Shown piece by piece: positions 1-13,178 of a DNA stretch of 42,645 nt. The position numbers and the translations under genes are program-made. The number at the start of each line of letters is the position of its first letter. The first letter of the stretch is position 1. Source of the stretch: Octopus bimaculoides (taxonomy: Eukaryota). The notes under the pieces are model-generated. The model saw nothing but the letters and a program-made list of their open reading frames with translations, had not been told where the DNA came from and did not search any database. Location: positions 15,536,510-15,579,154 of the forward strand of contig NC_068990.1 of assembly GCF_001194135.2 (NCBI RefSeq), written 5' to 3'.

Positions 1-72
<72 letters not shown>

Positions 73-907
73 TGAATAATATTTAAATATATGCATATAT
101 ACATACATATATGTACATGCCTACATATATATGTATATATACATGCATATATGGGTACAGGACATATATACATATGCTTGTATATATACATATATATGTA
201 GGTATGTACATATATGTATATATGCATATATTTATATATTATTTATATTATTATATGATCTAACACCAGAGAGAGAGAGAGGGGGGGAGAGAGACAGAGT
301 GACAGAGAGAGATACAGATAAATATGCTGCCATAATTCTTGCCTTCAGTTCATCTTTGGTTTTACAAGGAATTTTGCTGGTCTCTCATTCAACTGCACCC
401 CAAACATATTAATCAAGGGGGTTGCAGTCAAACCCACAATCTAATGATCATGAGTTCTACACCCTAACCACTAGGCCATGCACCTTTATATGTGTATGTG
501 TGTGCATGTGTTACGGTTAATACTTTTCTCACTGTATTGTGTGTTCATTTCTCTTTCTTCCCATCTGTGACTTTATTTTTGATCTTCTATATAAATTTTG
601 GCTGAGTTTCTTTCTACAAAACGAGAAGCTACATTGCAGAACTGTTATTTCAACAAGTTGTATCTATTTATCACCTGACAAGATACATCTGCACCATTGG
701 ATGCTCCTGAACCAGTTATTGAGTGTCCCTCCATGTGGGATTAATGCTAGATGTGTCAAAAAGATTGTCGTGATTAATAAACTTTTGTATATTCCATCTT
801 CCATCTTTCATTTGTCATATACATAAGGATCACTGTGAAAGTGACTGTGCTTTACCAGTAAGCTACCAGGTGTACACCATTTGTTTTATTATCCAATATA
901 CATATAT

Positions 908-1285
908 AGGCGTGGCTGTGTGGTAAGATGCTTGCTTCCCAACCACATAACTCCGGATTCAATCCCACTTGGGCAAGTGTCTTCTACTATTGGAGAGACC
1001 AAAGCCTTGTGTGTGGATTTGGTAAACAGAAATAGAAAGAAGCCCATCGTATATATATATATATATATGTGTGCGTGTGACTTTGTGTCTGTGTTTGTCC
1101 CCATCACCACTTGACAACTGATGCTGGTGTATTTACATCCCTGTAACATAGTGGTTCTGCAAAAGACATATAGAATAAGTACTAAGCTTACAAAGAATAA
1201 GTCCTGGGGTTGATTTCTTTGACTAAAACCATTTAAGGCAGTGCTCCAGCATGGCTGCAGTCAAATGACTGAAACAAGTAAAAGA
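908..1285 (+). mobile_element. Family-A tRNA-derived CORE-type SINE (possibly octopus OR2; name unverified)
   Basis: tRNA-like head ggctgtgtggtaag...gattcaatccc, CORE-like cttgggcaagtgtctt, internal (TA/TG)n and tail gtcaaatgactgaaacaagtaaaaga. Confidence 0.85.
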
Positions 1286-1373
1286 ATATATATAAATATG
1301 TATATCATCGTTTAACGTCCGCTTTCCATGCTATTGTATTTGTATGTGTGTATATATAGATTTATATATTATT

Positions 1374-1410
<37 letters not shown>

Positions 1411-1414
<4 letters not shown>

Positions 1415-1630
1415 GACATCATGTGATAGTTGTAAATAAGCATAACTTCACATGAGCAGTGCTATTTATAATCAATGTTCTGGGAAAATATGTCCGACCA
1501 TGGAAAAATATTATCTTGCTTGGAAACAGGCAGGAGCTGGTGACAGAGGAGGGCATCCAACCATAGAAAATTTGCCTCAATACATTCCATATAATCCATT
1601 GAAGTATAGAAATGTGAATGCTAAAATGAT
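1411..1630 (+). mobile_element. Family-B2 SINE (related tail)
   Basis: ggaaaatatgtccgaccatgg...agggcatccaaccatagaaaatttgcctcaat...(GAT)n, homologous to 33635-33815. Confidence 0.65.
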
Positions 1631-1631
1631 A

Positions 1632-1670
<39 letters not shown>

Positions 1671-1928
1671 CTAATGATGATGATGATAATGATGACGATG
1701 ATGGTGATGATGATGATGATATTATGATGATGATGAGGAGGAGGAGGAGGAGGAAGTGGTGGATAATGATGATTGATGATATGTGTTAGGAAGAGTGTTA
1801 AGTATAAACACCCAAATAATAATGCAATTGTTTAGCCAACCTTAGAACAAGATAATGCGAATAATATGTCTACAGCAAATGCCACATCATTAACTTCTAT
1901 TCTTTCTAATGCTAATTTACATGATTTA

Positions 1929-2006
1929 TGTGATTGTAACTGTAGAATGGCTAAGGAATGTCCTCTTAATGGGAACTGTCTAAGGAAAATATAGTATGTT
2001 AAGGTA
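1929..2006 (+). mobile_element. Small PLE fragment (linker zinc-finger motif)
   Basis: Translates CDCNCRMAKECPLNGNCLRKI*YVKV, the same CxCx5Cx5C spacing as the element at 25.2 kb. Confidence 0.65.
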
Positions 2007-2120
2007 ATATACACACACGTCTATGTATGCATATATGTATATTTATATGTTTATGTATAACTATGTGTGTATATTAGTACAGATATATTTATATGTGTAA
2101 TGCATTTATATCTATCTATC

Positions 2121-2165
<45 letters not shown>

Positions 2166-2167
2166 TT

Positions 2168-2205
<38 letters not shown>

Positions 2206-2273
2206 GGATAGAGAAGGACAAATAAATAGATAGAGGGAGAGATAGATACATTTTAATGTATATGTGTATATGC

Positions 2274-2310
<37 letters not shown>

Positions 2311-2513
2311 AATGTGTACTTATATATGTATATATGTGTGTGTATGTACATGTCTGTGCATGTATACATTCATAAATCCTTAGAACTATTTTGTTGCTGT
2401 TTCGTTTAAATTCTACAAAGAAGGATCGGAATAAATCTGAAAGAAAACACACACACACACACACACACAGAGTTATGTATATGTCTTTGTTTGTACATAA
2501 ATATGTATGTATG

Positions 2514-2547
<34 letters not shown>

Positions 2548-2766
2548 NNNNNNNNNNNNNNNNNNNNNNNNNNNNNNNNNNNNNNNNNNNNNNNNNNNNN
2601 NNNNNNNNNNNNNNNNNNNNNNNNNNNNNNNNNNNNNNNNNNNNNNNNNNNNNNNNNNNNNNNNNNNNNNNNNNNNNNNNNNNNNNNNNNNNNNNNNNNN
2701 NNNNNNNNNNNNNNNNNNNNNNNNNNNNNNNNNNNNNNNNNNNNNNNNNNNNNNNNNNNNNNNNNN

Positions 2767-2805
<39 letters not shown>

Positions 2806-2829
2806 CTTATGTATTCATATATATGTGTG

Positions 2830-2881
<52 letters not shown>

Positions 2882-3166
2882 CACACATATATACACACAC
2901 AGAAATATATATGTATGTATATATCATATAATTGTTAAATGATGACACTGATGAGTATGATGACGATGATATATATACATACATACATGCATACATACAT
3001 ATGTATATGTGTATATATCACCATCGTCATCATCGTCATCATCATTTAACAATTGCTTTGAATGATAATGATGTGCAGCTATTTATGCCTACATTAGTGT
3101 ATGTGTATGTGTGTGAGTGCGCATGTGCATGTGCATGCATGCATGCATGTGTGTGTGTGTGTGTAC

Positions 3167-3197
<31 letters not shown>

Positions 3198-3659
3198 GAC
3201 ACAGGTTTATATACATGCATACATATACAGAATAAAAATTATGTCCAGGAAGTCAGAAAACTATTTAAAGAATATATTTTTCTTAATGTGGAAATTGTTG
3301 CCAGTGCTAACCAGTTTCAGAATGGTTAGCACAAGCTAAAAGAGAGACACATAAAAACCGCCATTTACAATATTACTACTTCAAGCCATGCATCAAATAT
3401 CTGAATTTCAAATTTGTCCAGTCTATGCTTCAGTGGCTCTATATCCTGATTCCCATGGTAGAGACAAGTCTGCAGAACAACAGATTACCAAATATCTCTT
3501 AATATATATATAAATATGTATAAACTTTTGTGTTTTATTATGGAAGTATATGAATGTATGCATGTTTATGTGCACCTGTATGTATTTGTGTTTGTATGTG
3601 TGTGTGTGTGTGTGTGGAGGGTATATATATATATACACATATCTATATACATATATGTA

Positions 3660-3750
3660 CGTATCTATCTAGCAATCAATCTATCTATCTGTCTATCTAT
3701 GTATCTATCTGTCTGTCTGTCTGTCCGTCCGTCCGTCCGTCCGTCCGTCC

Positions 3751-3782
<32 letters not shown>

Positions 3783-4040
3783 GTTTGTCTCTCTCTATAT
3801 CTCTATCTGACCACCTACCTACCCACCTACCTACCAACCCACTTACCTACCTACCTACCTACCTACCTACCTACCTGTTTATCTGCCTTTCAATCTATCT
3901 ATCTGTCTGCCTGTTTGTCTGTCTGCCTGTCTGTCTGACTGCCTGTCTGCCTGTCTGCCTGTTTGTCTGCCTGTTTGTCTGTCTCCTCTCTTGCTCTCTC
4001 TCTCACTTTCTCTCTCTCCCTCCTCCTCTCTCTCTCTCTC
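3660..4040. repeat. Compound tetranucleotide tract (TCTA/TCTG/TCCG/CCTA)
   Basis: Direct inspection. Confidence 0.95.
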
Positions 4041-4067
4041 TATATATATGTCTTATCTTTCATTTAT

Positions 4068-4290
4068 CTTTAATTCGTTTTAGTCATTAGACTGCAGCCA
4101 TACTGGGGCAATGCTTTGAAGAAGTTTTTAGTTGAATGATTTAACCACAGTACTTATTGTTTCTGCCTGGTACTTATTCCATCAGTCTCTTTTGCTGAAC
4201 CTCCAAGATATGGGGACATAAACACACCAACAATGGTTGTCCAGCAGTGGTTGGAGGCAAACATGGACACAAAGACACACACACACATAG
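4068..4290 (-). mobile_element. Family-A SINE 3' half
   Basis: Tail motifs in reverse. Similar tail-only copies lie at ~11440-11645(-), 26395-26620(+) and 34681-34862(-). Confidence 0.75.
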
Positions 4291-4385
4291 AGTGTATATG
4301 TGTGTGTGATTGCATGAAGTGTGACTGAACCTGGAACCACGTAATTTGGAAGTATATACAGCATACAACACAACTATACCTATAT

Positions 4386-5008
4386 ATCATCATCATCATC
4401 ATCATTTTACGTCCATTTTCCATGCTGGCATGGGTTGGATGGTTTGACATGGAACTGACCAGTTGGGTAGCTGTCCAGATTCCAATAGGCTGTTGCAGCA
4501 TGGTTTCTACTGATGGATGCCCTTCCGAATGCCAACCCCTTTGGAGAGTGTGCTGGGTGCTTTTTACGTGACCCTGGCATGGGTGTGTTTATGCAGTACT
4601 GGTACAAGTGCATTTTATGTGGCATTGGCCCCTGTAAAGCCTGTACTGTGTGGATAACAGTGATGTTACTTAGCTTGATGCATCTTCTCAAGTATTGCAA
4701 ATCGCCACATCTCCTGGTCCCTTGTCATTTCCTCAGTGAAGCCCAGCATCTAAAGATCCTTTCTCATCACTTCATCTCATGTCTTCCAGGGTCTACCCGC
4801 TTCTACAGGTACCCTCCACAATTAGAGCTCAGTATTTCTTTTAAGCAGCTACCCTCATCCATATGCATCACATAACCAAACAAGTGCAGTCTTCTCCCTT
4901 GCACACACCACCTGATACCTCTTACATCCAGTTTTCCTCTTAAAACATTTACACTCTGTCCTGCATGTCCTGCACTGACATTACCCATCCAGTGGGGCAT
5001 GCTAGCTT
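4386..5008 (-). mobile_element. RTE-clade LINE 3' end with family-B tail
   Basis: Minus strand RRLHLFGYVMHMDEGSCLK (degenerate RRLRWxGHVxRM motif), continuing into the ggaagggcatcc...(GAT)n tail. Confidence 0.82.
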
Positions 5009-5277
5009 CATTACTTTCAAGCCTTTAAATGTACACAAATGCATAAAAATAATTCTTAATTCTATTAGACATTCTAAAATACTATTAAATTTCATTCAAT
5101 TTTAAAAAAGGTAAAGTCGGACAGAACTTATGGAATGACCTGATATATATACACACACACACACATACATGTATATAGTTTTATATATATATAGTTTTAT
5201 ATATATATATATNNNNNNNNNNNNNNNNNNNNNNNNNNNNNNNNNNNNNNNNNNNNNNNNNNNNNNNNNNNNNNNNN

Positions 5278-5545
5278 GTTGCCAGTGCCCCTGGACTGGC
5301 TTGTGCGGGTGGCACATAAAAGACACCATTTCGAGCGTGGCCGTTTTCGTGCGGGTGACACGTAAAAGCACCCACTACACTCTCTGAGTGGTTGGCATTA
5401 GGAAGGGCATCCAGCTGTAGAAACTCTGCCAAATTAGACTGGAGCCTGGTGTTGCCATCCGGTTTCACCAGTCCTCAGTCAAATCGTCCAACCCATGCTA
5501 GCATGGAAAGCGGACGTTAAACGATGATGATGATGATGATGATGA
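5278..5545 (+). mobile_element. Family-B repeat (RTE 3'-UTR-derived), young subfamily
   Basis: ...aggaagggcatccagctgtagaaac...gcatggaaagcggacgttaaac(gat)n followed by (TA)n. Confidence 0.85.
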
Positions 5546-5620
5546 TATATATATATATATATATATACACACAAATACATGTATATAGTTATATAATACA
5601 TACACACATACATACATACA

Positions 5621-5656
<36 letters not shown>

Positions 5657-6375
5657 CATACTTACGTACATTTATATAAGGCAGTATGACACTTCCCTGA
5701 CACAACAAAATATATATATAATATATATATATATATGTATTTATATGATATATTGTTATATTGTATATCATATATATCTATATATTATATAATATATTTA
5801 TATAATACATATATAATATTTATATAATATATAATATATTTGACGACAATGATGATGACATATTTATATAATTGATTGTTTAAATAAGTCCTTAGATGTT
5901 ACTGTCATTTCACTTGGTGAATAATACTCACCTAAGGTAACAAATATATAAAGTTATGGCTTATTTTCAAGGAATAAGTTTTGGTAAAACACTTCACCCT
6001 ATATTTAAGAATAAGAAACATTCAATGTCTGAATGTTTCTTATTCACTGTTTTGATAAATGCTGTCAATTGCAATATTTCTGATCAACAATAAAGATCAA
6101 CAGGTGATTAGGTCTATTGAATCCATCTAGAGTGTGGTGGAGAGAGGTGACTATGAAAGAGTCAACCGATGAAGTGAAAGAGCTAGAACTGGCAATGAAA
6201 AAACTTAGTCACAGACACAGTAAGCAGGAAGGTCAGTCTCTTCGGAACTGTGTTTGCTTTTTGAAGCAGACATGCACATGACACATATGTGTATATATTG
6301 TACATTAATTATACATGCATAAGTATATAGGTGTGTGTAAACACATGCATAGATAGATAGATATTTATATATAGA

Positions 6376-6530
6376 TATGGTTGTGTGGTTGAGCAGTTTG
6401 CTTCCTGACCGCATGGTTCTATCTACAGCCCCATTGCATCGGCACCTTGGGGCAAGTGTTTTCAATTGCAGCCCCATGTCAACCAAAACCTTGTGAGTGG
6501 ATTTGGTAGAGGAAAACTGAAAGAAGCCTG

Positions 6531-6534
<4 letters not shown>
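6376..6534 (+). mobile_element. Family-A SINE 5' half
   Basis: Head and CORE-like segment running into (TG)n and a gap. Confidence 0.8.
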
Positions 6535-6566
<32 letters not shown>

Positions 6567-6881
6567 NNNNNNNNNNNNNNNNNNNNNNNNNNNNNNNNNN
6601 NNNNNNNNNNNNNNNNNNNNNNNNNNNNNNNNNNNNNNNNNNNNNNNNNNNNNNNNNNNNNNNNNNNNNNNNNNNNNNNNNNNNNNNNNNNNNNNNNNNN
6701 NNNNNNNNNNNNNNNNNNNNNNNNNNNNNNNNNNNNNNNNNNNNNNNNNNNNNNNNNNNNNNNNNNNNNNNNNNNNNNNNNNNNNNNNNNNNNNNNNNNN
6801 NNNNNNNNNNNNNNNNNNNNNNNNNNNNNNNNNNNNNNNNNNNNNNNNNNNNNNNNNNNNNNNNNNNNNNNNNNNNNNNNN

Positions 6882-6922
<41 letters not shown>

Positions 6923-6923
<1 letters not shown>

Positions 6924-7071
6924 GGACGGGTCTCTTTCAGTTTCTGTCTACCAAATCCACTCACAAGGCTTTGGTCGGCCTGAGGCTATAGTAGAAGGTA
7001 TTTTGTCCAAGGTGCCATGCAGTGGGACTGAACCTAGAATCATGTAGTTGGGAAGCAAACTTCTTACCACA
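6923..7071 (-). mobile_element. Family-A SINE 5' half
   Basis: Reverse-complement head, convergent with 6376-6534. Confidence 0.8.
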
Positions 7072-7104
7072 CATTCATGTTTGCACCTATATATCATCTC
7101 CATT

Positions 7105-7317
7105 ATCATCATCATCATCATCATCATCGTTTAATGTCTGCTTTCCATGCTGGCATGTGTTGGACAGCTTGACTGAGGACTGGCAAACCAGAAGGCTAAT
7201 CCAGGCTCCAATCTGATCTGGCAAGGTTTCTACAGCTGGATCCCCTTCCTAATGCCAACCACTCCAAGAGTGTAGTGGGTGCTTTTTACATGCCACTGGC
7301 ATGGGAGCCAGTCAGGC
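7105..7317 (-). mobile_element. Family-B repeat
   Basis: Reverse complement of the same tail with an (ATC)n end. Confidence 0.85.
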
Positions 7318-8405
7318 AAGATCAAGATTCAAGTGAATCAAACACTTGAATGGTAAGGCACTGGGTCAGGTTGAAAAAGTAAAAGTGTACACATCAAAAA
7401 TGGAAGAATAAATACGTGGGTGCCAAAATATAGGCAAAATGTTATTCAGGTTATGTATATGATTAACTGTAGTCAGCTGTGTACATCAACAGCCCTGAGG
7501 CTAATCTAGAAAGGCACATTGCAAAGAGAAGGTTCTAAGAGAAGTGAATGATAAATAAACAAATAAATAACAACAGACGGATGATGTGTCAAATCACTAC
7601 AGCTGTTTCCAACGAATTTTGAATTGATTAATGGAAACATTACATCATTAGAAAAAAACATTTTCATCAGATGAATACAGGGACCACAAAATTCAAAAAC
7701 CAATGTGTCAGAAGCCAATGGGATGTGCACCTCCATGATTCTCTGACACTAGCTGGTCATAGAGTGAATATTTTAGTCAGTTTAATACCAAGAAATGGTT
7801 CCTGCACTTGCAAAGAAAACCATAGCTTTTAAGATACAATCATGGCTATGTTAATTATTGTTTAGTAACCAATATAAACCATCTGAGATTGCAATATTTT
7901 CTAATTAGTTAACCACAATTATTGACATTTTAAAAGAAGTGAACTTTGAAATGTCCTTCATTTTTTTTCATTACTAACTAAAAGAACTCTATAAAGTCAT
8001 GTTGTACTAAACGACATGTTGCATCGATCAGTTATATTCTATTAGCATTGTCATACAAGTATAATGACTGTAAAACACTTATGCTCATGTATATATTATG
8101 TATTTTACTTTGTTTTCATCATATATACATTAAAGAATTAACACAATGGCAAAGATAACAGTAATTTTAACTGATTTTCTACTTAGTAAGTCACGAAAGC
8201 AGTCTGAATTTCTTTGCAGTGGTCTTTCTTTCTTTTCTAATGAATGTCACGAGTGGTTTTTTCCAACAAATAATTCTCCTCTTTTGTTGCTCTTTTCATT
8301 ACATTTTCATGACATAAAACTTAAAGCACACACACACATGTCTGTCTGTCAGTTTGTATGTATACACATACATATTTGCATATATGTATTTATATATTTA
8401 ATATT

Positions 8406-8465
<60 letters not shown>

Positions 8466-8569
8466 NNNNNNNNNNNNNNNNNNNNNNNNNNNNNATATAT
8501 ACATACATACACACATACATATATACATACATACATATATATATATATATACACATATATGCATGCATA

Positions 8570-8612
<43 letters not shown>

Positions 8613-9829
8613 GTATGTGTTAGTGTGTGTGTTTTCTTCCCATTCAAAAAATGTTTGAACTAATTCTCTTAATAGCTATATTTCATCATTATAATCTAGG
8701 CATTAACATCTGTCCTGAGTATCATGTTAAATTTTAAAAAGAAATTCATGCAAATTTTCAGTTTTGCCTATTTATTAAATTCTCGGAATATTTCAGATTG
8801 ATCTCCTTCATCTGTAAATCATAACCTTTCGATATTATCCATTCTACAACTGTATTTCTGCTGAAATACACTATTTCCTTTCAATTAATTTCAAAAATAA
8901 AGAAGATTATAGTAAAATAACTTTGTTGTTATTGGTGTTTGAAACATAAATTAACATGTAATTTAAATAGGAAGTTCAATTTAGATTACCATAAAACAGG
9001 AAGTCTGTACTATAAAACCAAAAGTGGTTTTGAGTACTTTGACATCAAAACGGTTAATGAGCCAAAGCAATGCCTGTTGCTCTTGTTTCTCATAGACAGT
9101 TGCAAGCTTAGTCTTTCTCTTTGTTTCTGTCTTTCTGTCTGTCTATCTGTCTCTCCCTCCCACTCTCTCTCTGCAAATTAAATGGAGTAAATATGTCCAA
9201 AGAACATGTGAAAACAGGCAAATTTAGTTGAGATTTTCTTGTATCCATTCTGCAGAAACAGCCCTTTGGTATAAACTCTCTGTCTATTTGCAAAGCAAGC
9301 CTAAACATGTGTTTGCTTAGCATATCCATATAAACTCAACATTTCCAAATTATCTACTTACATGCTTTCTCAGTGCTTTAGTTACTATGTAATGTCAGCA
9401 CAGATGTACTGGTATGCAAATACGCAACAGCAATGCCTCTTTCCATTGTTATCTACATTTTTCGCTGTTATCTATAAGCTATTTTCTCTCTGCCTATAAA
9501 TCAATCAAAGTAAACACTGCTGATGAGCTTGTAAATACAGACAAGTCTAATTGTTCTGCTGATTCCGTTGAGAGAACAGTTTTGACTTAATCACTCCATT
9601 TAATTGCACAGTGAAGCTAACTGCATGTTCGTTAAATATACACAAGTAAATTTGTTTAAAACTAATCCATTGCTGCATTGTTAAGAAGCTTTCTTTGTAA
9701 CCATGTTATTTTGGGTTTAGTCCCACTGCATAACACCTTGAGCAAGTATCTTTTATTATAGCCCTGGGTTGATCAGTGTCTTGTGAGTAAATTTGGCAGC
9801 TGGAAACTGTGTGGAAACTTGTCAGATAT

Positions 9830-10300
9830 GGAAATGATGAATTTTTCTTTCAACATGATGGTGCACTTCCACACTACCACTAAGACATGTGAGCTTACCT
9901 CAGTGAGAATTTGCAAGGACACTAGGTAGGATGAAGAGGTGCAGTTGAGTCTCCCTCACATTCTCTTGATCTAACATCTGCAGACTTTTATCTGTGGGGG
10001 ACCCAAAAGGATGTCACGTATAGCAGAAAACTGACTACATTGGCGGAACTAAGACAAGGAATTCAAAATGTATGTGGAGTGATCCCAATGGACACTTTGA
10101 GCAATGTTACCCAAGCAGTAGTTTGCCGTACATATAAATGTCTGGAAGGTAATAGCCACCACTTTGAGTACCTCTTGTAATTGTAGAGTCCAAAGGTAAC
10201 TTGTATTAATCTCCTGAAGTCTGAATAAATTTAGTATTGAAATATTTATACACATTTTTCTTTTCATGAAGTTTGTATACAAGTTTTTGGGTGGACTCTG
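9830..10300 (+). mobile_element. Tc1/mariner DD41D (rosa/Visitor-type) transposon 3' relic
   Basis: FQHDGA...(41 codons)...SLDLTSADFYLWG...KCLEGNSHHFEYLL* with four internal stops. TIR-like end ...gggtggactctg at 10300. Confidence 0.85.
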
Positions 10301-10536
10301 TGTGTGTATATATATATATATATATNNNNNNNNNNNNNNNNNNNNNNNNNNNNNNNNNNNNNNNNNNNNNNNNNNNNNNNNNNNNNNNNNNNNNNNNNNN
10401 NNNNNNNNNNNNNNNNNNNNNNNNNNNNNNNNNNNNNNNNNNNNNNNNNNNNNNNNNNNNNNNATATGTATGTATGTATATATATGTCAGCATGGAAAAT
10501 GGATGTAACAGGATGATGATGATGATGATATATATA

Positions 10537-10663
10537 CAGGGTGTCCACAAAGTCTGGGTACCTGGAGTAAATAAAGTCATAACATAAACAATTAAATATA
10601 AGAAATAACAATTTCTTAAAGTATGTGTTTATCCCCATGTACCCAGACTTTGTGGACACCCTG
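10537..10663. mobile_element. 127-bp Tc1/mariner MITE
   Basis: Perfect 25-bp TIRs cagggtgtccacaaagtctgggtac with TA on both sides. Confidence 0.92.
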
Positions 10664-11650
10664 TATATATATGACAGACTCTCCCATCAAGTGATCAATG
10701 AAAAACAGAAAAAAAAAAAAATTCAACCAAATAGACAACTAACAACACACTCACATTACTATCATTACCATTCGCCAATGTTTACAATTCATTCACTTCA
10801 ACTGGTGACTCTTAATGCAAGTCCTCAGGCCACCAAAAGTGATATGGATATTGCATGACTTATAAAACCAGCAAACGATCTAGCTGAGAAAACACAATGT
10901 GAACAACGGTGGTTTGCAGGAAGACTGTTTTGTTCGTGTATTTTCCTATTTTCCCATAACTGCTCTTAATGAAGCATCCTTTGAGTTGTGAAATTTTCAA
11001 AGCTGGAAAAAGCTCTTTCTCTTCCATTATTGATGTAATAGAGTGAAAGTAATCTATTGATAGTTTCAGACATTTGTGAATGATTAGTAAAGGTTTTCAA
11101 CTACCATGCTGTTGACATTTTATTACTGTTATCATTGAGTTCCTGGTCAGTTCTGATCAAACAGATCTATGATCACAGACATTCATTACATGACCACCCA
11201 ATCTGTTTTCTTTGACATAATATATAATTGACTACCATATCTAGTAAAACAAGGAATAGGCATTTTATGCCTCAGATTATAGATTGCCTAACCGATGAGA
11301 GTAGGCATCAAATAATCTTTAAATGTTACCTCTGATAGAATATGGTACCCTATAAAAGAGATTATTTATCTTCTATCTACCTAACATCATGAAATCAAAG
11401 CCAAGCACAAAATCCTTTTCTTCTTTTATTCCTTTATTCTTTTTCTTGTTCCAATCGTTTGTACAGTGACCATGTTAGGACACTAAAACCCCTCTGAGTT
11501 TTAGTCGAATGAATTAGCTCCAGTACTTATTTTTTAAAGCCTGGTACTTGCTCATTGGTTTCTTTTTGCAGAATCATTAAGTTACATGGACAATGGGCAT
11601 AAATGAATCAAATCTGGTTGTCAAGCAGAGGTGAGGGAAAACATAATGAA

Positions 11651-11733
<83 letters not shown>

Positions 11734-12294
11734 CAAAGAAAACGGAAAATACATACATAGAGTAATCAATTTATTATCGTAGTCCAGTCAAATTAATAAT
11801 TAGTTGAGCAAAATCTTATAGCATTAGGAACAAAAGATGTGAACCTGGCATTGAAGAAATTTACCAGATTCTTACATCAAAACACAAATTAATCAGCAAC
11901 AAGAAGGAAAGAGGACTCTGCTGTGTTCATGAAGCTAAATATACATTCAATAAATTTAAAAAGACATGGTTAGAATAAACACTGCATAAATAATACCTAT
12001 GAATAGTTCATAAAGTTAATATATTCAATAAATTTAAATAGAAATAGTTGAAATAGACACCATGTAAATAATACTTATGAATCGTGCATCTATGCTATAA
12101 ATTAAATAGATATAAATAAATATATGTATGAATCCAACCTATCAACTAATATATTTGAATAAATAATTACATTTACTAGTAACTAATATAAATTTTACAA
12201 AAATATAAGTAAATAATAGTGAGCATATAAAATAAATAAATAAATAAAAAAGTAACAATTAGGTACACACCTAGATTTATTTTTTCAATAATAG

Positions 12295-12344
12295 GGGCGT
12301 AGATGAATATGTTATGGACATGCTGAATAGTATGAAAAGTAGTG
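12295..12344 (+). CDS. Candidate upstream exon (50 nt, ends phase 1)
   Basis: Weak acceptor ttttttcaataatag| and strong donor G|gtaagc. Open frame GVDEYVMDMLNSMKSS (ATG at 12314) is phase-compatible with 14775. No homology recognised. Confidence 0.2.
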
Positions 12345-12940
12345 GTAAGCTTTTAAACAGTTAATTGGCACTGCCAAAAGAGTGGAATAGTAACATGACT
12401 TAGTTCTTCTGAACTATGCCTGTCCCTTATCCAGTAAGGTCAAAAAATCAAATTTTAGCTATTTTCAGAACAGAATCAAAGACACACATGCTACAATTCA
12501 ATTGGAATAAGCTCTCCATCCATTAGGACATGAAAAATATCAGTCGATTATGCCCTGAGGAGGCTTTTTGCTTTTTTTCAACTTCATAATGCACTTTAAA
12601 AGTACAAATATGAATGACGGCAATCAACTGAAATGCAGAGAGGGCAACATGAATGGACTTATTAATTTGATTGGACTATGATAATAAAATGATTACTCTA
12701 TGTATGTATTCTCTGTTTCCTTTGGATTTTAAAACTTTTTTCTCCCGTGTCAAAAATGATGGAAATCTCTACGGTGACAACTGGAATTTCAGAGGTGTAA
12801 AGTACTAATACTGAAGGGGAACCAACGATAAACACTAGTACATACATATGTGAAATATTTCCAGTATCATTCATCAATATTAGTGCAAGACTAATATGCT
12901 TGGATAATATATCCTAAGAAAGAACTTCTTTCTATACAGA

Positions 12941-12985
<45 letters not shown>

Positions 12986-13066
12986 ATATAGGAAAATGAT
13001 AAAAAATAATAATAATAATAATAATAAGGCAGAATGCTAAAATGAAAGCATATTTANNNNNNNNNN

Positions 13067-13178
13067 AATTAGATTGGAGCCTGGTGTTGCCATCCGGTTT
13101 CACCAGTCCTCAGTCAAATCGTCCAACCCATGCTAGCATGGAAAGCGGACGTTAAACGATGATGATGATGATGATGAT
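13067..13178 (+). mobile_element. Family-B repeat tail, young
   Basis: One mismatch to the corresponding part of the copy at 5278-5545. Confidence 0.88.

Noticed and set aside
7671-7833. Short ORF or possible exon after catcag
   Set aside because: No recognisable homology, weak pyrimidine tract and no convincing donor.
131-8663. YI/CV/HT-repeat ORFs
   Set aside because: They are dinucleotide microsatellite and gap artefacts.
9520-9570. CTGATGA followed by a small stem as a possible hammerhead
   Set aside because: There is no GAAA box or stem I closure.
12800-12843. gtacta..CTGAAGG..tagtac as a possible hammerhead
   Set aside because: The core and GAAA boxes are too degenerate to support a call.
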